Source: an uncultured Desulfobacteraceae bacterium (GTDB lineage Bacteria > Desulfobacterota > DSM-4660 > Desulfatiglandales > HGW-15). Taken from it: a DNA stretch of 64,000 nt. The notes below the pieces were generated by a model, which saw only the letters and a program-made list of their open reading frames with translations, ran no database searches and was not told where the DNA came from. This document shows, piece after piece, positions 19,572-29,334 of the stretch. Every line of letters starts with the position of its first letter. Positions within the stretch are counted from its first letter, which is position 1. A program made the translations under genes and the position numbers. The stretch spans positions 13,414-77,413 of the forward strand of contig CAYQNR010000001.1 of assembly GCA_964418945.1 (NCBI GenBank), read 5' to 3'.

Positions 19572-21188
19572 ATGACTGAACAGACAAGGATGGATCCCGA
19601 AGACCTTTCCATGGTCCTTGATACCATATCCAAGCTGGAGAATGAGAAAATAACTATTGAGAACAAGCTTGCCATGGATCAGGAAGGTCTCTTTCCCACG
19701 GAACTTATCCGCTTCATGCTGGGGCCTGAGGTGGCCCTTCACCTGATTTTTATACCCGCAGAATACGGCGGACTAGGCGCCGGCGCCATGGATATTGCAA
19801 TAGTCTCCGAGAGGATGGCCAAGATGGATCTTGGCATTGCCACCTCTTTTCTTGCCATATGCCTGGGTATGGATCCTATCAGGGTAGCAGCAACCCCGGA
19901 ACAGAAGCAAAGGTTTATAACCAGGATAGCCGAACAAGGCCTTATAGTGGCATACGGCATCACCGAGCCGGAGGCCGGATCCAACGTGCAGGCCCTAAAG
20001 ACCAGGGCGGAAAGAGTGCTGGATGAGAATGGAGGAATTATAGGATATAATCTAACCGGGCAAAAACAGTTCATTACAAACGGCGGGGTGGCCCAGCTAT
20101 ATACCATACTTGCCGAAGCCCCAGACGGCCCTTCCTTTTTTATAGCCGAGGCCGGGGCACAGGGGCTTTCCGCTGGTAAACATGAAGACAAACACGGAAT
20201 AAGGGCCTCCAATACCTGCCCACTGATCCTGGAGGATCTTTTTGTCCCAAAACAAAATCTTATAGGCGACATTGAAGGGCAGGGTCTGAAGCAATCCAAT
20301 GAAGTGTTCGGCTACACCAGACTTATGGTTGCTACCTTCGGACTGGGGGGAGGCATGGCCGCCCTTGAAAAGACTATTGCCTACGCAAAGCAGAGAGTAC
20401 AGTTTGGCTCTACCCTTGCGGAAAAACAGGGCTACACACACAGGCTTTTGGTCCCCAACGCGGTACGGCTGGAGGCGGCCAGGGCGTATATAGAGGAAGT
20501 TGCGTTCAGGCTGGACTCGGGTGAAAAGGACCTGCAAATTGAGGGTTCAATAGCAAAGTATTTTGCCACAGAGGCCGGGGACGCCATGGCAAACGACGCC
20601 ATACAGGGCCTCGGAGGCTACGGTTACATAAGGGAATATGAGGTGGAGAAGATAAAGAGGGATATCAAGATCACTACTATATACGAGGGGACCAGCGAGA
20701 TACAACGCAGGCTAATTGCAATGTTCCGTTTGCAGAAAACAGTACGCTCAAAAGGGGAGTATTATTCGGCTATGGCCGACGCCGTGGTAAAACTTCCGGA
20801 ACACCAGGGGCCCGGCTACCTTGCCAAGGCAATCCGTATAATGAACGATATCATCCTCGCTGCGAGAAGGTCCAAGCTTACCAAATCCCAGTATGTCATG
20901 TTCCTTCTGGCCGACATGATGACCTGGTGCGAAGTAGGGGCGTCCCTCTGCAAAAAGGCTGCTGATTACAAAGCAAAGGAAAGGAGCCCTGAATTCATGG
21001 AGGCCGCGGCCCGGCTCTTCGCGAGGGAGGTTTCGGAAAAGGTCTATATCAACGGTCTGAAGATATGCACGGGCTGTGAAACAAGACTAGATGAACTGGC
21101 CGCAGAACTGAAAGGCATTAGCCTCGCCAACCTGCTAAAAGACAACCTTAAAGACATGGATATAGTCGCGGCCGAATTGGTCAAATGA
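19572..21188 (+). CDS. Acyl-CoA dehydrogenase with ~150-aa C-terminal extension
   Basis: ACAD motifs GITEPEAGSN and IYEGTSEIQR. At 538 aa it is longer than canonical ACADs. Confidence 0.85.
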   Translation: MTEQTRMDPEDLSMVLDTISKLENEKITIENKLAMDQEGLFPTELIRFMLGPEVALHLIFIPAEYGGLGAGAMDIAIVSERMAKMDLGIATSFLAICLGMDPIRVAATPEQKQRFITRIAEQGLIVAYGITEPEAGSNVQALKTRAERVLDENGGIIGYNLTGQKQFITNGGVAQLYTILAEAPDGPSFFIAEAGAQGLSAGKHEDKHGIRASNTCPLILEDLFVPKQNLIGDIEGQGLKQSNEVFGYTRLMVATFGLGGGMAALEKTIAYAKQRVQFGSTLAEKQGYTHRLLVPNAVRLEAARAYIEEVAFRLDSGEKDLQIEGSIAKYFATEAGDAMANDAIQGLGGYGYIREYEVEKIKRDIKITTIYEGTSEIQRRLIAMFRLQKTVRSKGEYYSAMADAVVKLPEHQGPGYLAKAIRIMNDIILAARRSKLTKSQYVMFLLADMMTWCEVGASLCKKAADYKAKERSPEFMEAAARLFAREVSEKVYINGLKICTGCETRLDELAAELKGISLANLLKDNLKDMDIVAAELVK

Positions 21189-21318
21189 TTCTCAACCCGA
21201 ACTCTTTACATTCTCAAAGAAACCTTTTGCTCAACATCACAGAGTTGGTGGTTTAAATCCAGCTGTTGTATAATGTCATTTAGATAATAACGGTTAAAGA
21301 GAAAGGAGCAAGGTCAAA

Positions 21319-21474
21319 ATGAATGATAAGAAAGTAACGAAGGATACACAAATAATGATGCAATGTAAAAACTGCGGTTATCGAGTCATTCAATCAGAGA
21401 TTGACGAAAATGAAGGGAATTGTCCTAACTGTAACGAAGAATTCCAACCTCTGGATGAGTCTTCTCAGAGTTGA
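21319..21474 (+). CDS. Small zinc-ribbon protein (51 aa), absent from the ORF track
   Basis: ATG preceded by AAAGGAGCAAGG. Sequence is MNDKKVTKDTQIMMQCKNCGYRVIQSEIDENEGNCPNCNEEFQPLDESSQS, with CxxC-N17-CxxC. Stop is TGA at 21472-21474. Confidence 0.55.
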   Translation: MNDKKVTKDTQIMMQCKNCGYRVIQSEIDENEGNCPNCNEEFQPLDESSQS

Positions 21475-21558
21475 GTCATTCGAGGAACAAACACGCCGGC
21501 CTAACTGACTTTCTTGCGTCTACCCTGTATCTACACATCCAGGTTGACAGATACTTTT

Positions 21559-22118
21559 GCTTCATCCGGTTAATGAGTGCCCTAGTTAATGATATCTACA
21601 TGTTCTGCGCTATATGGCCCATGGGGTTCTCTTTTAAGCGGCGAACTCGTTTATGTGCAATGACCCTGCACAAAACAAGACGAGGCGGGTGGGTAGCCTT
21701 TTCTAGACTTGGCCCCACTCGAGGATGTTCTATTATCTCACAAGTATTCCGCCCGCCTGGGTGTCACCTTACGTAATTAGCATGCTGTTAATATTTTCGC
21801 CGTGTAAGAGAGAGCTTCATGGGCCATTAAGGTACTTATAATGGAGCCCCACGGGTAAACCCGTGGTCCCATTAAAATACCCGTCTTTCCATCCTCCGTA
21901 GCCCGTCCTCCGCAGTGGCCTGCTACGGAGGATGGACAGGCTACTGCGGAGGACGGGCGCCTCCGGCTACGACGCGGTTATCCGCCTGAACTGGGGGCGA
22001 CATCGCGCCGTAGCAAGCCATCATTTGCGCATTCAACCACGGGCAAGCACGTTGTCTTCTGCGAAGGCGGATAAGGTTTAATCCTTTACTTCTTTACCTA
22101 CTCATTAACCGGATGAAA
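21559..22118 (+). mobile_element. MITE-like composite element, copy D (fullest form, 560 bp)
   Basis: Contains TIRs, the inner module at 21616-21825, hairpin CCACGGGTAAACCCGTGG at 21849-21866, a 170-bp third module at 21867-22036, and a second hairpin CCACGGGCAAGCACGTTG at 22037-22054. Confidence 0.85.
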
Positions 22119-22197
22119 CTTACTTTTTGTGAATTGGCTTCACTTTTATCCTATGATATTATATAATATTTTGAACAAACAAGGAGATGATTAAACA

Positions 22198-24906
22198 ATG
22201 GCTGAAGGACGTCAGGCAACATATCCTGCACAGTATGAGAACGAGGTCCTCCTGAAGGACGGTTCGCGGATCTTGCTGCGACCCATCAGGAGGGATGACA
22301 TTGAACGGTGGCTCGACTTTATCTCGAGGCTCAGCGATCGCACCAAATACCTGCGGTTCCATTCCGTCCCGAAACTGGGGCGTGAAGACGCTATTCGATT
22401 CTGTTCAGTGGACTATGACAATGCCTTTGCCTTTGTGGCCGAGGTGCTGCGAGATAGCCAGCGTCACATCATCGCTATCGGGCGGTATTACCGCATACCC
22501 CACAAGCCCTCGGCGGAAGTCGCCTTTGTCATTGAGGACGCATATCAGGGAAAAGGCATCGCCACCAAGCTTATGGAATGGCTTGCCAACGTCGCTCGGG
22601 ACAATGGTATTTCCATCTTTGAGGCCTCCGTGCTCGCAGAAAACAAAGAGATGATGACTGTCTTTAAGGACTACGGTTTCCATCTCACCAGCAAGTTAGA
22701 GGAAAACGAGTACCGCGTTACTTTCCCCATAGCCAAGACCAGGCTAGTGACTCAGAAAGAAGAACAGCGGGAGCGTATCGCAACGGTGGCCTCTCTCCAT
22801 TCCCTCCTATACCCCCGTTCGGTAGCGGTGATCGGCGCCTCCCGGGAACCGGGCACCATTGGACAGCTCCTCTTCCGGTGCATTATGGAAAACAGGTTCT
22901 CCGGGGTCGTCTATCCCATAAACCCCAATGCCGAGGCTGTCATGTCGGTGAAGGCCTATCCTTCGGTCCTTGACGTACCCGGTGATGTCGATCTGGCGTT
23001 GATCGCCGTTCCAGCGCCCCTGGTTGTCAAAGTAACCGACGAGTGCGGACGAAAAGGGGTGCGCGGGATCGTGGTCATATCGGACGGATTCAAGGAAAGA
23101 GGGGGGGAAGGAATACAGCGGGAACAACAACTCCGGGAGATCGCGCTGGGCCACGGTATGAGGATAGTAGGCCCAAACTGTATGGGTATTATCAACACCG
23201 ACCTCTCCACAAATCTCAATGCCAGCTTCTCTCTGGTTTATCCGCCCCCGGGCAATGTAGCCTTTCTCTCCCAGAGCGGCGCATTGGGTCTTTCCATCCT
23301 TGAGTATGCCAACAATCTAAACATCGGCATTTCCACCTTTGTCAGCGTAGGCAACCGAGCCGACATCTCCTCCAATGATATGCTGCAGTATTGGGAACAG
23401 GATAAGGCCACAAAGGTTATCCTGCTCTACCTGGAATCCTTTGGTAATCCCCGGAAATTCGGCCGTATTGCCAGGAGGGTCTCGGCCAGTAAGCCCATCG
23501 TTGCGGTCAAGGGCGGCAGTAGCACTGCCGGTTCGCGTGCCGCATCCTCGCACACAGGTGCGCTGGCCACCCCACAGATAGCCTCAGACGCCCTCTTTTA
23601 CCAGGCTGGCATCATCAGGGTCAATGCCCTCGAGGAGCTTTTTAACATGGCCACCCTCCTTTCAAACCAGCCGGTACCCACGGGAAAAAGGCTGGCTATC
23701 TTGACCAACGGAGGCGGTCCGGGTATAATCGCTGCTGATGCCTGTGAGCATTACGGGCTCACACTGCCGGAGCTATCCGATAAAAGGATCGAGGCACTCA
23801 AGTCTGTGGTGAAACGTGACATTTCCTTCCGTAATCCTCTGGACCTCACCGCCGGCGCCACAGAGGATGAGTTTAAGACTGTACTCAAGATATTGGCCCA
23901 GGATAACAGTTTTGATGCTGTGCTTACCATCTTTATACCTCCGACTGTCGTCGATCCAAAAGGAGCAGAAGACGCCATACGGGAGGTAGCCCCCCTTTTC
24001 CAGCGCAAAAAGAAGACACTGTCAGCCTGTTTTATGGGACAACGAGGTTTCAACATCAAGCTGGGAACCACTGGAAAACTTATCCCCTGTTACGCCTTTC
24101 CCGAAGAGGCTGTCTCCGCTCTAGCCAAGGCAGCTGAGTACAATGACTGGCTGAAAAGGCCCAGGGGATCCATGCCCAAGATTCGGGGGCTCAAACGGCA
24201 AAAGGCGCGAGAGATCATCGACTCTGCCCTCACCAGCAGTGCTGACAGGCCCCTATGGCTTTCAGCCCAGATGACAGCTGATCTGCTTAAGTGCTACGGC
24301 ATCCGCATAGCCGAGACCGCGGCAGCAAAAACACCTACTGAGGCTGCTGCTGCGGCCTCAAGATTGGGCTTTCCTGTTGCTGTTAAATTAGCCTCCTCCA
24401 CCATCGTGCACAAGACAGATGTCAGGGGAGTGGTCCTCGGCCTTAATTCCGAAGATGAGGTGGAAAAGGCCTTCAAAGATATAAAAGCCAGGCTCGCTGA
24501 GACGGGCCGCCAGTCAGAGATGTGGGGCGTTACGGTGCAACGCATGGTTACAGGGGAAGTAGAGGTGGTCGTAGGAGTGACCCAGGACCCCTCTTTTGGG
24601 CCCATCATCATGTTCGGCCTGGGTGGCATCTATACCGAATTATTGAAAGACGTAGCAGTTAGATTACATCCACTCACCGACGTGGATGCCCACGAACTGG
24701 TAAGCTCTATCAAGACGTCAAAGCTCTTTGAAGGGTTCCGGGGTGCACCTCCCAGTGATACCCGATCCCTTGAAGATTTATTGCTGAGACTTTCGGCTTT
24801 GGTGGATAATATCCCCCAGATCGCCGAGCTAGACCTCAACCCTGTAAAGGTAATGGAGCGTGAGAAAGGATATTGGGTGGTCGATGCGAGGGTTATGGTG
24901 AGATAA
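22198..24906 (+). CDS. GNAT acetyltransferase fused to ADP-forming acyl-CoA synthetase-like domains (Pat-like, GNAT at N-terminus)
   Basis: N-terminal GNAT (QGKGIATKL). It is followed by a CoA-binding/succinyl-CoA-synthetase-like flavodoxin region (SVAVIGASREPG, GPNCMGI) and a C-terminal ATP-grasp domain. 902 aa. Confidence 0.8.
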   Translation: MAEGRQATYPAQYENEVLLKDGSRILLRPIRRDDIERWLDFISRLSDRTKYLRFHSVPKLGREDAIRFCSVDYDNAFAFVAEVLRDSQRHIIAIGRYYRIPHKPSAEVAFVIEDAYQGKGIATKLMEWLANVARDNGISIFEASVLAENKEMMTVFKDYGFHLTSKLEENEYRVTFPIAKTRLVTQKEEQRERIATVASLHSLLYPRSVAVIGASREPGTIGQLLFRCIMENRFSGVVYPINPNAEAVMSVKAYPSVLDVPGDVDLALIAVPAPLVVKVTDECGRKGVRGIVVISDGFKERGGEGIQREQQLREIALGHGMRIVGPNCMGIINTDLSTNLNASFSLVYPPPGNVAFLSQSGALGLSILEYANNLNIGISTFVSVGNRADISSNDMLQYWEQDKATKVILLYLESFGNPRKFGRIARRVSASKPIVAVKGGSSTAGSRAASSHTGALATPQIASDALFYQAGIIRVNALEELFNMATLLSNQPVPTGKRLAILTNGGGPGIIAADACEHYGLTLPELSDKRIEALKSVVKRDISFRNPLDLTAGATEDEFKTVLKILAQDNSFDAVLTIFIPPTVVDPKGAEDAIREVAPLFQRKKKTLSACFMGQRGFNIKLGTTGKLIPCYAFPEEAVSALAKAAEYNDWLKRPRGSMPKIRGLKRQKAREIIDSALTSSADRPLWLSAQMTADLLKCYGIRIAETAAAKTPTEAAAAASRLGFPVAVKLASSTIVHKTDVRGVVLGLNSEDEVEKAFKDIKARLAETGRQSEMWGVTVQRMVTGEVEVVVGVTQDPSFGPIIMFGLGGIYTELLKDVAVRLHPLTDVDAHELVSSIKTSKLFEGFRGAPPSDTRSLEDLLLRLSALVDNIPQIAELDLNPVKVMEREKGYWVVDARVMVR

Positions 24907-24983
24907 ATATCCGAAGCCTCATATGCCCCTATCATATCTTTTGCCTTGATAAATGAGATTATCGGCGCAACAATAAAAACTGG

Positions 24984-27692
24984 ATGAAGAACAGAAGACC
25001 TCATTACTCCAGACAGAGTAGGCCCCCCCTGAAGAAATCCGGTAGATCGGGAAAAGGGCTTTATAAAGATTGCAGGCTTGATCCTGACCTAAGACATGTC
25101 TTTGGAAAGATAGGTGTCCCCAAATCCGAACCCTTTACACCGGATCCCTTTCAGTTGGAGGCACTTGAAAAGATAGAGGATAATGACGTACTGGTGAGCG
25201 CTCCCACGGGTGCCGGTAAGACATGGATAGCCTCACGGGCAATAGAGAGGTACCTCCAAAAGGGATTAAGGATCTGGTACGCCTCCCCCCTCAAGGCCCT
25301 TTCCAATTCTCTTTACCAGGAATTCTCCAATGAGTTCGGGCCCCCTTCGTGCGGGATCCTGACCGGCGAAAGAAAGGAAAATCCCGATGCCCCTGTTATC
25401 GTGGGAACCACGGAGATACTCCGAAACCAGCTCTACGACGCCATGCATGAGGGAACCAGCGTTTCTTCCGACCTGGTTATACTGGACGAGGCCCATTACC
25501 TGAGCGATCCGGATCGGGGCGTGGTATGGGAAGAGGTCCTCATTTACCTGCCCCCCCGTGTAAGACTCCTGCTCTTATCTGCCACCATATCAAACGCCGA
25601 AGAGGTGTGTTCATGGCTCAGGAACAACAGAAAGACACCTTTTGCCGTAGTACGTGCCCACCAAAGACCGGTTCCATTACAAACCCTCTTTTTATTTCCC
25701 GACGGCCTTATCAGTCCCCTGTCGGGTAAAAAGGGCCTGGCACCAAAGGTGAAGAAATTTATCCAATCACGCACGATATACGGAAGATTCCGGGGTCGGG
25801 GAAAGACAGAATTTGGCGACATCATATCCTGTCTCAGAAAATTCGATCTTTTGCCGGCCATCTTCTTCCTCAAATCAAGAATGGACTGCGACCGGGCACT
25901 GGATCTGTGTACTATGCCTGAAGGCCGGGAAGGATTAAAGGAGCATCTCAAGGCGGAGGTAAGCTCATTCCTGCGTGAATACCCTCACCTGAAGGATCAT
26001 AGGCAAATGGATCCCCTGCTGCGCTCTCTGGTGGTATCCCATCACGCGGGTCAGCTCCCCTACTGGAAGGTCCTTATCGAAAAGATGATGAACAAGGGTT
26101 ACCTGGAGGCCATCTTTTCCACCTCAACCGTCGCTGCGGGGGTCAACTTTCCCGCCAGGACCGTGGCCCTGGTCCAGAGCGACAGGTTTGACGGTCATGA
26201 ATTCACCGACCTTACCGCAACAGACCTTCATCAGATGATAGGCAGGGCTGGCAGGCGCGGTATGGATAATATAGGCTTTGCGCTGGTCATTCCCGGGATC
26301 CATCAGGATCCAAAACTGATTCATGAACTGGTGTATTCTCCTCCCGAACCCCTTTTAAGTCAGATCCGCATCAATTTTTCTATGACCTTGAACCTGCTGT
26401 TATCCCACAGGCCCAAAGAAGTAAAGAATTTGCTTGATCTGTCCTTTGCCGCCTTTCAGCACGTTCGTTCAGAAGCACCCATTCAAAGTCAGTGGGATGA
26501 TCTCATCGACTCTCTCAAAAGAACACTTCCCAATGCTGTTTGTGATACAAATGACCCATATGAGATACTTGAATACATACGAAAAAGGTCCGAACTGAGA
26601 AAAGAAAAGCGAAGGCTTGCCGGAGATGAAGCCGATAAAAAATGGATAGAATCCCTAAAGCCGTTCTTAGAAAAAGGAAGACTATTTCATCATAAGGACA
26701 AGGGAATCCATATCCTTTTTTATTGGTACACGGATCATGAAAGGCTCATCTGTGCCTCACATAATATTGATAAAAAGGTCCGTCTCCGCAAGGGAAAGAT
26801 CCGCCTCAAAAAGGTACCCTTCACCAAGATCAGCCGCCTCTATGATTATATCTTCGATATTCCGGAAAAATACACCACGGGCAGTCTGCAGACTATGCTT
26901 GACTCCATAGACCGAGAAGGTCTGAAAACACTGGATACAGCCCCCCTTGTACAGGCCGATAAATCTGCAAAAATAAAGGCTGTGGAAGAAAGAGAAAGGG
27001 GTCTTCCCTGCGAGCACTGCGAGCATTTTCGTGACTGCCACGGCAAACGGAACAAAGATCTTCACAGGATACTGAAGACCTTCAAATGGCTTTCCAACAG
27101 CATGGGAGGGACAAGCAGTGGATTGTGGCTGAGTTTCAAACGACACCTGAGATTTCTTAAGGAAACACGGTTTGTGGATGAAAAGGACAGGCTTACCTCC
27201 GACGGGATATGGGCCTCCAAGCTAAGGCTTGACCAGCCCCTTCTTATTGCTGAGGCCATAAGAAAGGGTGGATTCCGGGACCTCGGGCCTGAAGTAATGG
27301 CAGGCTGTATCGCCGTTTTTGTATGGGATAAGGACCAGGACGTCGAGATGCGGACAGGAGACCGTGAAGACCTGAAAACTATGGAAGATGCCTTCAACAG
27401 GCTTCTTGTCAGAATGGAACATGTCAGGAGGTTAAAGGCGGCAAGGGGATTTGATAATCCCTCTGTGCTTTACTGGCCCGCGGCCGCCCTCTTCCTGTGG
27501 TCAAAGGGGACTCCCTGGGAAGACTTGTTATACTATGTTCCCATCGGAGAAGGAGATATGGCCTCCATGATTACCAGGACAGCCGATCACTTGCGACAGG
27601 TTGCAACCCTCGAGGCTACACACCCTGAACTGGCCCTGGTTGCCGTAAGGGCGATAGGCCTCATCCTGCGGGAACCTGTGTTTATCCCCTGA
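24984..27692 (+). CDS. Ski2-like DExH-box helicase (HelY-like)
   Basis: Motif I SAPTGAGKT, motif II DEAH, SAT, HHAGQLP and GRAGRRG. The long C-terminal domain is as in the Ski2/HelY family. Confidence 0.85.
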   Translation: MKNRRPHYSRQSRPPLKKSGRSGKGLYKDCRLDPDLRHVFGKIGVPKSEPFTPDPFQLEALEKIEDNDVLVSAPTGAGKTWIASRAIERYLQKGLRIWYASPLKALSNSLYQEFSNEFGPPSCGILTGERKENPDAPVIVGTTEILRNQLYDAMHEGTSVSSDLVILDEAHYLSDPDRGVVWEEVLIYLPPRVRLLLLSATISNAEEVCSWLRNNRKTPFAVVRAHQRPVPLQTLFLFPDGLISPLSGKKGLAPKVKKFIQSRTIYGRFRGRGKTEFGDIISCLRKFDLLPAIFFLKSRMDCDRALDLCTMPEGREGLKEHLKAEVSSFLREYPHLKDHRQMDPLLRSLVVSHHAGQLPYWKVLIEKMMNKGYLEAIFSTSTVAAGVNFPARTVALVQSDRFDGHEFTDLTATDLHQMIGRAGRRGMDNIGFALVIPGIHQDPKLIHELVYSPPEPLLSQIRINFSMTLNLLLSHRPKEVKNLLDLSFAAFQHVRSEAPIQSQWDDLIDSLKRTLPNAVCDTNDPYEILEYIRKRSELRKEKRRLAGDEADKKWIESLKPFLEKGRLFHHKDKGIHILFYWYTDHERLICASHNIDKKVRLRKGKIRLKKVPFTKISRLYDYIFDIPEKYTTGSLQTMLDSIDREGLKTLDTAPLVQADKSAKIKAVEERERGLPCEHCEHFRDCHGKRNKDLHRILKTFKWLSNSMGGTSSGLWLSFKRHLRFLKETRFVDEKDRLTSDGIWASKLRLDQPLLIAEAIRKGGFRDLGPEVMAGCIAVFVWDKDQDVEMRTGDREDLKTMEDAFNRLLVRMEHVRRLKAARGFDNPSVLYWPAAALFLWSKGTPWEDLLYYVPIGEGDMASMITRTADHLRQVATLEATHPELALVAVRAIGLILREPVFIP

Positions 27693-27785
27693 AAGTTCCT
27701 TCCTAACTCGCGCCGGCCGAATTTATTGGAATATATAAAGGAAATAGGATATAAAATCATATCCACATTGATAAAACCTGAAGAT

Positions 27786-29315
27786 ATGCTGAGGAGAACC
27801 GAACCAGTTCTGGTAACAGGGTCCACGGGATATGTGGGAGGCCGTCTTGTACCCCTCCTGCTTTCATCCGGCTACAGGGTCCGGGCCATGGCCCGGTCTA
27901 TGAAGAAATTGCGGGGCAGGAGATGGTCAAACCACCCCGGTCTTGAGCTGGTTCAGGCGGATCTCTACGACCCCGGATCCCTAAGAAAGGCTGTTGAGGG
28001 AGGTTCCGCGGCCTATTATCTGGTCCATTCCATGAACCCCGAAAACAGAGATTTCGCCGAGGCGGACCGCCTCGCGGCCCGTAATTTTGCCGATGCCGCG
28101 GCCGGGGCTGGACTGGAACGAATCATATACCTGGGCGGGCTAGGCAGAGAATCCGCGGACCTGAGCACCCACCTGAAAAGCAGGGCCGAAGTAGGGAAGA
28201 TCCTTCAAACAGGTCCTACACCTGTCACTGTTCTACGTTCCGCTCATATCCTGGGCTCCGGGAGCGCCTCCTTCGAGATACTCCGTTACCTGGCCGAACG
28301 CATGCCGGTAATGCTTATACCGGCAGGAATATTGAAAACCAGGATCCAGCCGATATGTATCCGTAACGTCCTTAAATACCTTGCCGGATGTCTCGAGAAG
28401 GAGGAGACAACGGGCCGGACATTTGACATAGGGGGTCCTGATATCCTCGATTATCGAAGCCTTATAGAACTCTATGTGGAGGAGAAAGGGCTGCGCAAAC
28501 CAGTATTTATCTCTGCCCCGTTTCTATCTAACTCCCGTTTGGGATACATGCTTTCCATCTCTTTGGCCAAACTTATTCTTCCGGTCCCTTCAAGCATCGT
28601 GGAACCGCTTCTTAAGGGGGCTGTAAACGAGACCATAGCTGAAAACAACCAAATCACCCGGATAATCCCCCAGGATCTAATGCCCTGCCGAGAGGCCATC
28701 AGGCGGGGCATTCAAAAAGACTCTCTAAAAATAGTGGAGACCCGCTGGACGGACGCCGGTGATCTGAATCCTCCCGAGTGGGTCCGCTGGGGGGACGCGC
28801 CCTACGCAGGAGGCACCCTGCTTCAGGGGGGATTCAGGGTGGTTCTTGCAGCTTCGCCTGAAGAGATATGGCCGGTCATCAGCAGAATCGGCGGTAATAA
28901 CGGCTGGTATTACGGGGATTTTCTTTGGCGACTGAGGGGCTGGATGGATACTCTGGCTGGTGGCGTCGGCCTGCGGCGGGGACGTCGTCATCCCGAAAAC
29001 CTGCTGGTCGGCGACGCCCTTGACTTCTGGCGTGTTCTGGACATCTCCCCGCCCAGGCGTCTGATCCTGGCGGCAGAGATGAAGCTGCCCGGAGAAGCGA
29101 TTCTGGGTTTTGAGATCATCTCATCCGATTCCGGGGCGGAACTCCGGCTGGGCACCAGATTCCGGCCCAGCGGGCTCTACGGGGTCTTTTACTGGTACGC
29201 GCTGCTTCCCTTTCATGATATCCTTTTCGGAGGCATGCTAAAGGAAGTGGCAAAAAGGGTAGCCCGGCCTGTTATAAACGGCCCCTTGAAATTCAAACCC
29301 GGACCTATCTCCTGA
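27786..29315 (+). CDS. NAD(P)-binding SDR/NmrA-like protein fused to a DUF2867-like C-terminal domain
   Basis: Rossmann motif VLVTGSTGYVGG. The C-terminal half resembles the DUF2867 architecture. I prefer the ATG at 27786 over the TTG at 27726. Confidence 0.65.
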   Translation: MLRRTEPVLVTGSTGYVGGRLVPLLLSSGYRVRAMARSMKKLRGRRWSNHPGLELVQADLYDPGSLRKAVEGGSAAYYLVHSMNPENRDFAEADRLAARNFADAAAGAGLERIIYLGGLGRESADLSTHLKSRAEVGKILQTGPTPVTVLRSAHILGSGSASFEILRYLAERMPVMLIPAGILKTRIQPICIRNVLKYLAGCLEKEETTGRTFDIGGPDILDYRSLIELYVEEKGLRKPVFISAPFLSNSRLGYMLSISLAKLILPVPSSIVEPLLKGAVNETIAENNQITRIIPQDLMPCREAIRRGIQKDSLKIVETRWTDAGDLNPPEWVRWGDAPYAGGTLLQGGFRVVLAASPEEIWPVISRIGGNNGWYYGDFLWRLRGWMDTLAGGVGLRRGRRHPENLLVGDALDFWRVLDISPPRRLILAAEMKLPGEAILGFEIISSDSGAELRLGTRFRPSGLYGVFYWYALLPFHDILFGGMLKEVAKRVARPVINGPLKFKPGPIS

Positions 29316-29334
29316 AATTATCATTATGGGTAGT

